From: Perkinsus olseni
Taxonomy: Eukaryota
Direction of reading: 5' to 3'
Assembly: GCA_013115125.1 (NCBI GenBank)
Contig: JABANN010000364.1
Coordinates: 1 to 34,997, forward strand
Length of the DNA: 34,997 bases
The notes beneath the pieces were generated by a model, which saw only the letters and a list, made by a program, of their open reading frames with translations, was not told the origin of the DNA and did no database searches. Of the stretch, positions 1-11,400 are shown piece by piece. The number at the start of each line of letters is the position of its first letter. The first letter of the stretch is position 1. Position numbers and translations under genes: made by a program.

Positions 1-73
<73 letters not shown>
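1..73. repeat. (TAC)n microsatellite, 24 perfect units, truncated by the window edge; probably intronic in the cyclase gene
   Basis: Directly visible perfect TAC repeat from position 1 to 72; a polypyrimidine tract and AG acceptor follow at ~110-124. Confidence 0.95.
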
Positions 74-124
74 GGGTGTCTTCTACAACCGAGCTCGACT
101 GGCGTGCGGTCTTCATTCCTTCAG

Positions 125-3100
125 GCACGCGAAATTGGCGAGTATGGCGGAGAACACAGCCATCAAGATGGTCTTCGCCTTCACCATCCTATTTATATCC
201 TCCATCTACCTATTCAATAATAACACTTCAACCATCTCTGACGTCGGCCTTAATCTGGTTGACTCTCTCTACCGCTACGGAGGTGACCCCAGCCGAGGCG
301 GTGGTCCCGCCGCCATGCCTACCGCTTTAGGTGTGAACCAAGAGACCAAGTTCGGCGTATTAGAGATGCAGAGCCGATTGCTCCTTGCGAGTGTACCGGA
401 TCGTTACATGACAGTAGGAGCGAGTGCAAGGGATCAAACAACGGCCATTTGCGGTATGTGTGGTATTCAGGTTTATTTTCAAATCAGCAGTATTGATGGG
501 CCGTGGGTCGTGGATCGTCTTGACGAGGATGAGTAGGAAGATACTAAGGATCAACGAAGAAGTCGCTCCTGGATAGGTTCGCGAGTAGAAGATTCTACGA
601 TCGCCAGCTACTGCAAGCCGGAGTCGACGACCCTACCGGGCCCAACCCGTCGAGCATGGTATTGGACGTCCGGTCGCTGTGGATCGAGTTCGCCTTTGAC
701 TCGGTAAGAGCAGCGGCGCCAGCAAGATGACATCTTTCTAGAGCTTGTCACAGTATTTGTTTTCTCTTAGATTTTCGCCTTACTTATAGCAACGGTGCTG
801 GTGTTCGTGGCCTCCTTCGTCTTCATGCGAGGCTTCAACCAGATCGGGGTCCTAGTGGTGCACCCATTGCGTAGGCAACGCGGTGCTGGTCAGAGGAGAA
901 TCCTTTGCTGTGCGCAGGTACCATGATAGACCGAATGGAGCAACTGGCAGTGTTCGAGTATGCTGCTGTTGGCAATCACGAGGTGCATGGGTCGACCTAA
1001 GATTCATGGAGTCTCCTCACGCCGCTCTTGTCAGGTCTTTACCGCTCCCGGCTGGAAAGCCCGAGGCGCCATACTTCAGGACGGCGGCGAAACGAACGAG
1101 TTGTCGGCGAGTACGAGTACAGCCCCTACTTCCAAATACGATGGTTGACTCTACCTTGTTCTCAGAGAGTCGTTGCTTGGCCTTCCTCGGTTACGGTGAG
1201 AATAAAAAATCCCGCCTTGGCTACTTCAACGAGGTCACGGAACTGGACCAGAGCCTAACTCGAGTCCAAATGATGATATCGTCCTGGGCCAAGTATTGCC
1301 CTTACGATGTGGTGAGTTATATGCTCAGGAATTGTGGGATGGTTGGTATCTAAGGTCGACCATTGCTCATCTTCAGGTTCGTATGATTCTTCGTACGGGA
1401 GAGGAGGTTGAGCTCGGTGTGGCACCCCAGCAAGTCACGATATTCTTCTCGGATATCGAGTCCTTCACTACGATTTGTGAGAGGCTCGCCCCCAGCCAAG
1501 TGAGATAGCCCGACGCCTTCCTCGTCGCAGTACGCGGTTCAGGTACTCAGATTTCTCTCGACTTACTTCACGCTGGTCAGCGAGATCATCACAGACAACC
1601 AGGGTGGGTAGCGCTGTTGCAAGGGTCTCGAATTTTGAGGCAAGTATCCGAGTTCAGGCACACTATTGGAGTTCCTGGGTGATGGTATATTGGCGGTATG
1701 GAACGCGCCCTTGGCTGTGAGCAACCATGCTGAGCGCTGCCTCACCGCGGCTATGACAATGCAGGTGAGAACCCAGCCAGGCTCGACTATTGTGGAGAAT
1801 TTCTGAGAGAAAAATTCTGTGCATAGAAATTTCTGAAAATTCTGAGGAGGTTTTTTCAATTAGAAATGGGTTTCGCGATGTATCATAAAAATACAGAGCG
1901 CTGCTCAAGGTGGCGAGGAAAGACACGACTTTCCCAGAAGCGGCCGCGCAGCAAGGCATGCACGGTCTTCTTCTGGGGCGTCACGCGCCTACGAGGCGCA
2001 TCCACATTACATACACAGCTCTGAGTGAGCGCCTCGTGTGGCCCCACCATCCGATAGCAGCGCTCGGCGTTGTTCTTACTGCTTCCATGTAACATCGCTA
2101 GCTTGCTCATGAAGATCGTCAGATAGTGTACGCGCTCATTCCAGATTACTCTTGTCCCGTATCTCAGACGATGGTGAATAAGCTGTCTGAAGTGGACCCG
2201 ACGTGGCGGCAGGCACTGGCTACAGTTGACAAGACTACTCTGAAGGTCCGCATGGGCATACACACCGGTAAGGGCGGAGCATCGACGACCAAGTTTTTAA
2301 TGCTGAGTGTAGGTCAATGCTTGGTGGGCAACGTGGGAGCTCCCAGCCGTATGAAGTACGGCCTTCTGGGCGATAAGGTGAATACTGCAAGTCGGCTGGA
2401 GAACTGCAATAAGCGATACGGCACTAGTGTGAGTTCCTGAGAGGCGTGAGGTTCGGTCGGTCTGTTAGCACTTGCTCCCGGATGGGAGATGCCGCTCCTC
2501 GTGTGCAGGTGATTATATCAGAGAGTGTCTGGAGGGAGTCTGGCGTGGCGGACAACTTCGTTTGCCGTCCGCTCGATCGAGTAGCGGTAAAAGGGAAGTC
2601 CGAGGGCTTCACCATCCTCGAGGTAAAACTCCCTTTTCCTGTCTCCGCGATGCGAAACACGCCTGCTCTCCAGAAGTGTTATGTATCTTTTGTTCCTATC
2701 AGGTTCTAAGTTCGAGGTCGGATGCTTCGACACAGCAGTTGGTTCTTGCCGGCCTGCACATCCGGGCACTCGAGGCGTACCGTAATCTCGACTTCCATCG
2801 GGCTGTGGAGCTGCTCGAAGAATCGGAGAAAAGGTGGGAGTTGGTGTGAAGTCCTTCCGAAAATATTAAAAGTTTCATAGGTCTCGATCGATCGGAGAAT
2901 CCTGGCTCGCTGCTAGGCGGTTGCGGGATGAGGCCCTCCACTACGAGGAGAACCCACCTAAGGTGAGCGGAAGCGCCGTTGCCCCCCTCAGACGGCTTCT
3001 TCTCCGTTGCTTGGATATATGATGGAGATTCGTCACTCGAGCGCATTGTGACTTTATTTCAGGAGGGCGAGAGGTGGGATGGCACCACACGACTAGCACA

Positions 3101-3128
3101 CAAGTCGTTCGATGACTCTCCCGATTAG
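125..3128 (+). CDS. Membrane-bound class III adenylate/guanylate cyclase (multi-exon, probably 5'-partial)
   Basis: Spliced exons give TM segments (IKMVFAFTILFISSIYLF; IFALLIATVLVFVASFVFM), a HAMP-like linker (EVTELDQSLTRVQMMISSWAKYCPYDV), and catalytic motifs VTIFFSDIESFT, GTLLEFLGDGILAVWNAP, VRMGIHTG, VGNVGAPSRMKYGLLGDKVNTASRLE and VAVKGK. A TPR-like tail ends NPPK|EGERWDGTTRLAHKSFDDSPD with TAG at 3126-3128. Confidence 0.93.
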
Positions 3129-3375
3129 CGATGCACTTCGTCCGCATTTACCATCAGTTTGTACAGTTACTCTTATTATTATCATCCTTCTGTAGCATCA
3201 TGATACCCCCTTGCGGGTCTCCAAGTTGAGTAGAGAGTCGCTACAGTCGCAAGCCTGTTCTAGCGGCCCAGTAGTAGTAGGAGGAGATTTGTATCTCACT
3301 TTTATTGCTTTTGCTTTACGCCCTGGTCTTGCGTTTCACGCTCACAACTTTTGATGTGCCCGCTTAGTGTGCTTC

Positions 3376-6300
3376 ATGGCTCGCTACATGTATGGGGGTG
3401 GTGATCGAGGGGGAGTATACGGCGCTGAGGGAAGCGGCACTCCGCCCTCTGCTGCCGACGGCGGCGTGGCGGTCAGCATAATAGAGCAGCTGGAAGTGAA
3501 GCCAACCTTGGGTAAGTTCAATACGGTAGGGCCGTGGTTACACTGTCGAGGAGCTTGTAGGTCACCAGCCGTTGATCCCCCCGAAGACCGAGTTTGCGGG
3601 GAAGTACTCCGCCGTTCGACGCCTCGGCTATGGCACCTTCTCGGAGATCTACTTGGGTGCTGAGATAGGCGCGGGTACGGCAACCGAGCTCGTCCGTATC
3701 GTGCCAGCGTCAACCTTAGATTCCACAGTACCGCCAATCGCTCTGAAAGTAGAGAAACCTCTCCGGTGCGTACCGCGTGTGCTCACCTATGAGGCCAAGG
3801 TCATGCAGTGGCTGAAAAGGCACGACCCCAGTATAGCCATACCACAGGTCTGCTTGGCCCCCATCATTGCCTCTTCGCCAGGCGCTCTAGGCTTAGGTTT
3901 ATTTTCTTGGCACGGACATGGTTATTGTACCGTGGGGGCCTAGTTATCCCACAACGGTCGTCGCTATGCAACTGTGTCCAGGTAGGGTGGCGAAAGCAGC
4001 GTAGGAGGAGTATGGTCACTTCTCAGGAGAGTCCCTCTCGGTTGTGAGAAGGCGCATCGGCAAGTTCTCTCCCTTCAGCTTGGCGGCTTTGGGCCGGGGT
4101 ATGTTGGACACGCTCCATCGCATGCATAAGTAGGTTGACTTTATGCTACTTTTACGACTATAACCGATATCGACGTCACTGTGTCCTCCAGGCTGGGGTA
4201 TATCCATCGAGATGTGAAGCCTTCGAACTGGCTCGTTAGCTCGAGTACGGAGGGTGAGTAGTCGCGGCCAGAGACTCAGCTATTGGAAGCGCAGAATGAA
4301 CTTTACAGATTCGGCCGGCGGCCCGCCTCCAAAATTGGAGTGCCTGCTTATCGATTTTGGCCTGGCCAAGCGAGTGGATGCCACCCATCCCTCAGAGGAG
4401 GACCGAACCATCTACGCTGCAGACGACCAGCCTCCACGTGAGTGTCAGTGCTAGATGTGGTTGTGGACCCCTCAGTTGCCAGGTACCACACAAGCGCACT
4501 CATTCCGTGGCACCACTAACTACGTGTCACCAGGCGGTGGTCATCTCACCTACATCGATGACTATTGGAGCCTTGTCTTCGTGTAAGGGGATCGGTGCTT
4601 GTGTAGGGGCGGAAGAAGTCGCGAGCGTAGGTTCCTCGATTTGGCTCTGGGCGGCTTGCCTTGGAAGTCTCTGGAGCGTACTAGTAGTGACGAGATTGGC
4701 AGTTCCGGCGAGCCTTTGACGCAGCGGGAGAAGGTTGCTGAGGTAGTGGCTGTTCCGAAGGATAGAAGAACGAGGAAGAGATGTTGTTGTGAATTCAGAT
4801 AAAGCGGGACCTGGTACGATATGCTACCTACCGAGCCAAGGATTCCCCTGCTCTAGCGTGCTTCGGTAAGCCAACAGCTGCGGGCTCGGAAGATGGTACT
4901 AGTCGCGTTGGGATTTGAAGTCGGCTCTCACTCAGAGGAACCATATCGGTGTCTTATTCATGCTGAGTTATGTTACGTATTTTATGGTATTGTAATAAAT
5001 TGATCGTAGTAAATTCGATGTATTTTTCTATGAAGGTTGAAATGCAGAAGATCGTAGGCGTGGATTTCTCATCCTTCGCGGATAAGGTGAACTATTCATA
5101 GCCCCGTTATTGCCTTCGTAGTATTCAGCCAGGATGTTTTACTCTATTCAGCGGGCCCCCGAGTATCCTCATTGCCGCAGAAGTCCAGCCCGCCGGCTGA
5201 GGTCTTCGAATCCGTACCAACGGAGCTCCTCGAGCTGGTGAGATCACTCCTGCCCTCTGCCACAGCCGGCGTATCCTAAGCTCATCTTCAGGTTGCCTTG
5301 GTGGATGTCGCGTCGTCTCGCGTTGTGTCCATGGCGGGCTCGGGAGGGGAGGATGCTGCGGCCAAGGCAGCGGCCACGCTGATGGACGGTTTATACAAGA
5401 CCATGGATGGTGAGGGCTCCGGCCTTCCTGCCTCGCGAAGTTTATGTTGTCAGATATCCTCCTGCGGCTGCTGAATCGCCTGGGGAGGGGCACTACTACC
5501 GACCCTGTGGCGATTGCCGAGAGGGTGCATGGCGAGCTGATGGTGCAGAACCCTTTGGTAGGAGAGGAAGGAGTGTATGCTTGCGGTACTCCCACCTCGC
5601 AGGCCCCGCCACCGCCAGTACACCATTCTAGGAGATCCACAGCGAGTAACTCAGCCTCATCCATGGAAGACGGAAGTGACCGGTCCCGAGAGAGGGTAGG
5701 TTGGTCAGGTGTTCGGCAGCTGTCGGGAGTTTCAGTCTCGCTTCCCTCGGCAGTCCCACGGCCCACCACCGCCACTGACGAGCCCGAGCGACCTCACAGA
5801 TGACGTTACTCTGGTCCCTGCCGATACCATCATCAAGTGCCTAGGTAAGCGAAGGGAGACCGTAGTAGGGGGAGGCGATCGCTCCTGCTCAGCTGAGGAC
5901 TATCGAGCATCAGTGGACGGCCGCCTCGATCACGTCTTGGACCGAGTCATTACGACCGATCGGGTGCCTGGCGTGCTGCGGCGGCACGACGTGGAGATCG
6001 AGTTGACCGACAAGTAGGCGACTTCCCTTCCGGTGGTCCATCCACTGAGCAATCAGGTTATCGCGCGACAATGTCCGGCTAATGTGTGCATTGTTCCAAG
6101 CCCAAGATCTGAGTAATATCGGAAAGATGGAGCTCGAAGACCACGGCCAGTAGGACTCCGAGGCCGTTCTCGCGAGGCCTGCAGCATTGGTCAGGCCCCT
6201 CTGTCTGTGGTATCTCTTCCGAGGCTCGTGTCCGTTGGGGGAGTCCTGTCCGTTGAAGCACCCGCAGGCCTTGCAGTGGGGCACCGAGCCTGGCAAGCAA

Positions 6301-6782
6301 GCCAGTCGGCTGTGCGCAGACCAGATACTAACAGGTGGGCTCAGTCGGTGGGGGCGGGTGGAAGATACGAGGAATCTTAGGTCGATGCAGGGATCCGATG
6401 AGATGCACGAGAGTGCACAAACTCGGGGCAGAGGAAGTTGAAGATTATGTAAGAATCGTAGAGGGCTTGCGGTCGTCGAAGAGCATCTCCTCAGTTGATG
6501 ACGGGTCGGATACCTCGGAAAGAGGGGGCGAGTCTTCCAGAGCCGGTGCTGCGGCCGCCACCGCCGTTCTTCCCGCACATGCCTCCCAAGCGAAAACGTA
6601 AGGGTCGCTGCTGGTCACCGGGCAAGGCAGGCGTGCTGTGGTCAGGTAGCGGCTCCTATGCAGCATACCATCATCAACAGCAGCAACAGCAGCAGCAGCA
6701 GATGCAGGGGTATGGTGGTGCCCCCGGGATGGGTGGGCCGTGGGGGGGAGGGCCGCAGTACGGTCATAAAGGACGGAGCTGA
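3376..6782 (+). CDS. CK1/TTBK-like Ser/Thr protein kinase with C-terminal tandem CCCH zinc fingers and a Q/G/P-rich tail (multi-exon)
   Basis: Kinase motifs LGYGTFSEIY, IALKVEK, YIHRDVKPSNWL, LIDFGLAK, FRGTTNYVS (no APE, CK1-like), DDYWSL and GLPWK. Later exons encode two C-x8-C-x5-C-x3-H fingers and polyQ, ending at TGA 6782. The single-gene continuity across ~4870-5130 is inferred from plausible splice sites. Confidence 0.8.
6673..6701 (+). repeat. CAG/CAA repeat encoding polyQ (9 Gln) in the kinase C-terminal exon
   Basis: catcaacagcagcaacagcagcagcagcag, in frame with ORF 6495-6782. Confidence 0.85.
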
Positions 6783-6842
6783 TTTCACTGTCTCTGGTTG
6801 TTGAGCTAAGTATACGTTAATTGGTTCATACTAGATTCACCG

Positions 6843-8280
6843 ATGACTATTCTATCCACGCTCCAACCTAGGATACGCAGCATTGTCCCACTGCGCTCCT
6901 TATCACGACAACTGCCACTGCGGCGGTTTTACTCTGCAGTAAGCGAGGCGGGTGCCACAGCCGGGAACGGAGGACGAAGGGCAGCTGGCGGAGGCGGCGA
7001 GCTGCTGTTGGGAGTGTCGATGGGCAAGCTGTTCGTTGGGTAGGATTCCCTCCGCTTCGGACCTTTTACGAACGCCGCGGAGGCAGGTACGCCGTGCTTG
7101 ACTTCGATACGAAAGGCCCGGTTAAATTCGGGCTTATAGATGTGCGGGACTTCACGGATGTAGGTGGGCGCATTTCGAAGAAGGGCCCGAATGCCCAGAC
7201 TGGGACTCGCAGTCTGACAGTCTGAGTATCCTGAGTCTGTAACAGTGACTGGGCAGTCTAGTCCCTAGGTGCATCAGCGTGCCGATCAAGTGACTTCAGC
7301 TCTGCGGGCTGTGAAGGAAGAGAGGGAGGCGGAAGTGAGAGTGGTGGATGCCCCTTCGTCAACCCTCAGTGGTGCCTGCCAGTTTGCCGCTGATCACCCG
7401 GAGGCAGCAGCAGCAGTGCAGTGGCATATAGGCTATCAAGAGCATCTGCATGGCTTCCCGCATAAGCCAGGGGCGACACAGCGGAAGTACTTGGATGGGT
7501 TGAAGCTCCACGGTAGGAGGGGGAGTCAGCCTAGCTGGGATTCGAGGTCCGGAAGTTTAGGTATCGTCCAACATGATTTACATAGAGTATTTAACCAGCC
7601 GGGGGTCGAACCTCCGCGGGTTAAGATATTCCCGGTTGCTAGTCGAGTGGCCCGACGGTTCATGGTGGGCATACCGAGCACACTGCACGAGGTGGTAACG
7701 GTAATTCCTTCAGGGTGTTGACAATGTCGGGCAGCCATCCAGACTTGAGCTACATAAGATGGCTGTGGAGGAGGTACCAGCATGGCTCCCCTGGCCTGCT
7801 TCAAGATCTCTACCCCCTCCTCGCTGTAGATTCCGGACTTCCCGTCCCTGTACCACCAGAACGGTCAGCTGAATGAGTGCGTGTACTACATGTCGGATGC
7901 TTGGGCAGTGGCAGCCTACACCAAGCAGCTTGTACAGGTATCGCCGCTGCTGCTGATTACTGGTGTGACTGAGGTGGGCCCTCAGGCTGCGCGCTTCCAA
8001 GCTGACACTGCGGCGTTCGACCGTATGAAGGCTAGTGTGATGAAGAACAACAAGCACATCAAGGAGCTCATCGAGGCCAGGGACGCCGCCAAGACCAGGA
8101 GAATCGCCCGGGACCTTGACGACGTGGGCGCCCTGCCGCAGCACGCTTGCCTTGTACAGTGGTCCTCGGTAGGTCATAAACAGCCGAGTGGAGAAGCTGG
8201 CGACGGACATGTGGATGAAATCCCGACGGAAGGCGGAAAGGGCGGCCGAGAGATCGGAGGAAGTGGGCGCCAATTGGTGA
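6843..8280 (+). CDS. Putative mitochondrion-targeted protein with RuvC/RNase H-like fold (multi-exon)
   Basis: The N-terminus is Arg/Ser/Leu-rich and acid-free (MTILSTLQPRIRSIVPLRSLSRQLPLRRFYS). The spliced body contains LLLGVSMGKLFVG|YAVLD, WHIGYQE, KIFPVASRVARRFMVG and YYMSDAWAVA, in the same order as RuvC elements. The last exon is VINSRVEKLATDMWMKSRR...GANW with TGA at 8278-8280. Confidence 0.6.
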
Positions 8281-8402
8281 TCCGTTTCAGCGTGCGCATG
8301 TTTCCGCTTCTGGTGAGCGTGCTGGGTTTGTAGTCGTTAATTTGAATTCTTCAAAGAGTTTGCTGGTCGTCCTCTGCCCTCCCTGTTCTCCTAGCGTGGC
8401 CG

Positions 8403-11400
8403 ATGGATCAGCTCATACCGGTCATTAACAGACTGCAGGACCTCCTCTCAACAGTCGGGCTGCATGTGACGCTCGACCTACCACAGCTGGCTGTGGTGGG
8501 CTGCCAGAGTGTCGGCAAGACCAGTGTAGGGCTACACCCTTGCCGTGTGGGCAGCATCAGATGGGCAGGTCCTTGAGGCCCTCGTTGGAAGGGACTTCCT
8601 CCCACGAGGCACTGGTATCGTGACTCGAAGGCCCCTCATCTTACAGTTGCGCAACACGACCAAGGACCAAGTTGTTGGTCCTACTATCAAGGCGGGTACG
8701 GTAGAATAAGGTGCTCCCTCGTCTTGATCTCTCCTGTGGCCGTAGGCAGCGGCGGCGGTGGCGACAAGACTGCTAAGGAGTGGGGGGAGTTCAGTCACTG
8801 TCCGAATAAGAAGTGAGTGTCGACTGGAATGGTGGTGCACGCGGATAAGGCGGGTCGGGCTTTTCCCTGATCATCCATGGGGACCCCCCGTCCCTGCCCT
8901 CCTTCGACGATGGACTCATGATCCCGTAGTTGGCACGAACTCCAGGGTCGTAGTTGCAGGAGCGCGGGGTCAGGTTCTCGGACTTCGCTGAGATCCGCCG
9001 GGAGATACAGGAGGACACGGAACGCTTGTGTGGAGCGTCCAAGGGGGTCAGCCCTGAACCCATCTGCTTGAAGATCTTCTCGCCTTACGTGATTGGTGAG
9101 TGCGGTCCAACCTTATCCGTGTTGAACCATGGTCGACCTTAGATTTGACCCTGATCGATCTGCCTGGAATAACGAAAGTCCCGGTGGGAGATCAGCCCTT
9201 GGACGTCGAGGCTAGAATCAAGGACATGGTCCTGTCCTACATTTCCAAGCCCAACTGCATCATCCTGGCTGGTGGGAAGATGCTCCTCTTCCGCTGCGTG
9301 AAGTGCCGCTCCCTCAGTGACGGCTGCGAACACTGACTTGGCCAATAGCGACTCTCTGCAGCTAGCTCGGCAGGTGAGGGAGGGGCGACCGGGGAAGGTA
9401 AGCACCCCCCTGCTCAAGGTGGACCCCTCCGGCGACCGAACCATGGGAGTCATCACCAAGATGGACTGCATGGACGAGGGCACCGACGCACTTGACATGA
9501 TCAACGGCAAGGTCATTAGAGCGGCCTTAGGCGGGCCTTTGTCTTCTCCCTCCTGCCCCGTGGCCTCCGTGTGATGGAGCTGTTTCCCCTCAGGTGTATC
9601 CACTGCGGCAGGGTTACGTTGGTGTGGTATGCCGCTCCCAGAAGGATATACAAAGCGGCGTCACCATTCGAGAGAGCATCAAAAACGAGGAGGCCTTCTT
9701 CAAAAAGCACGAGGCTTACCGGTGGGTCCTCGCGACCTCTCGTCAACCTCATCAGGGTTCATCCCTACGTCTTTGTGAAGAGAATGATGAGGGTCACTTG
9801 CTTCCGGAGAGGCTCTCTCGCCGAGTCCGATCTGATTACACGCTGTCGGCTCCCTCAGGCACATAGCAGCCCATTGCGGTACAGCCTACATGGCTCGGCA
9901 GCTCCATCGTATCCTCATGACCCACATTAGAGAGGCCCTCCCAGGGCTGAGGGATCGAGTAGATCAGCTACGTCTGGCGGCGGTGGGGAGAGGCCTTCTG
10001 ATAGGTCAATGCCATGCTACACGAACATGAGCAGGAGATGGCTGACTATGGCAATGATCTGAGCGGCGGAATGCTAGACCATACGCAAGTATCCAGAGCT
10101 TCTGGGAGCTCCTCGCGCGCGAGGGTTCATCGCGTTGTTACCCTTTGCTGCAATCAGGCCGGTAACGTCTTGCTGCAGCTGTTCACGAGGTTCTCTCGCT
10201 GTTTTGCGGACTGCATTGAAGGCCGCAACAACTCCAACCGTCATGACATCATCGACGGTGCTCCCCTTTCGGCCATCGTGGTGAGCTGCTGCTCGGACCC
10301 CCTCCTCCTCGGAGCCATAACACCTCTCAGGGAGGCGCGAGGATCCACTACATCTTCTTCGACGTCTTCGGAGCTGCAGTGAACCAGTTCGACCCGTTCG
10401 ATGGTCTCACTGACCATGACATCAGGACCAGCATACGCAACGCCAATGGTCCCAAGAGCCCTCTTTTCGTCCCGGAGGTGCAACAATCCGTGCATTCCCA
10501 GCCTTGTAGTGTACCCTACGTCAGGCAGCATTTGAGACCCTTGTGAAGGGGCAAATTAACAAGTTGCTGTCGCCCTCTTTGCAGTGTGCTGAGCTCGTCC
10601 ATGCGGAGCTGACCAAGTGCCTCAGTGTCACCATTCGCTCCATCCCGGAGTTTCGGCGGTACGGCCAATCCCCTTCTGATGGAAAGCCCTTTGTGATGAG
10701 CGTTAGGTTCGACAAATTGCGGGCCCGAGTGTACGACGTGGTCCGCTCAGTTCTAGCCTCCTGCTTAGCACCAACCAAGGAGATGATACGTAACCTCATC
10801 AGGATCGAGACCGGCTACATCAATACCAATCACCCTGACTTCATCGGAGGCTCGAGGGCCATCAGTGCGTGTAAGCTGCAGCACTACTGGAAGTGGCGCG
10901 TACTGGCCTCGGGGCCTCTGGCTGTTTCTAAGTTCCTACAACGTTTTCTAGTGTCTTGCAACATCTGTGAGTCCAATGCTCTGCTCACCACCATTCAACG
11001 CGCAGCTGAATGGCCGAGCGTGTACAGAAGACGGTCGGCCATTCAGCTGTATTTGAATGCGCACGATGTGATTCTTGAAAGCATAAGGCCGACGACGGTC
11101 CTCTTCTTGAGGATGGTATCGTGCCTTATCGAGGCGTTGGCTTGGAGGGAGAGGGCGATGATGATGACGCTGTGAATTTATGCGAGGTTCCATGGCATAT
11201 TCCTCGGAGAGCCCTCGTTATGCGCTGGACGCCACAGCAGCAGCAGGATTCCATTTCTCCAAGGGGGATCCGCCCATGTCCGCGATGGACCCACCCCCAT
11301 CACTGTAAGGCCTCGGCATCATACACCACCACCTGGCCTTCCTACTAGGTCCGAGTGTGGTAGTACAGCTCCTGATGGATCACAGCCGCCAACGGTCGCC

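Noticed and set aside
1-73. Telomeric repeat at the window start
   Set aside because: TAC is not a TTTAGGG/TTAGGG-type repeat, and it is followed by a splice acceptor and an exon, which fits an intronic microsatellite.
5125-6578. Long minus-strand ORFs (216 aa and 222 aa)
   Set aside because: These are antisense shadows of GC-rich exons of the kinase-CCCH gene and carry no recognisable motifs.
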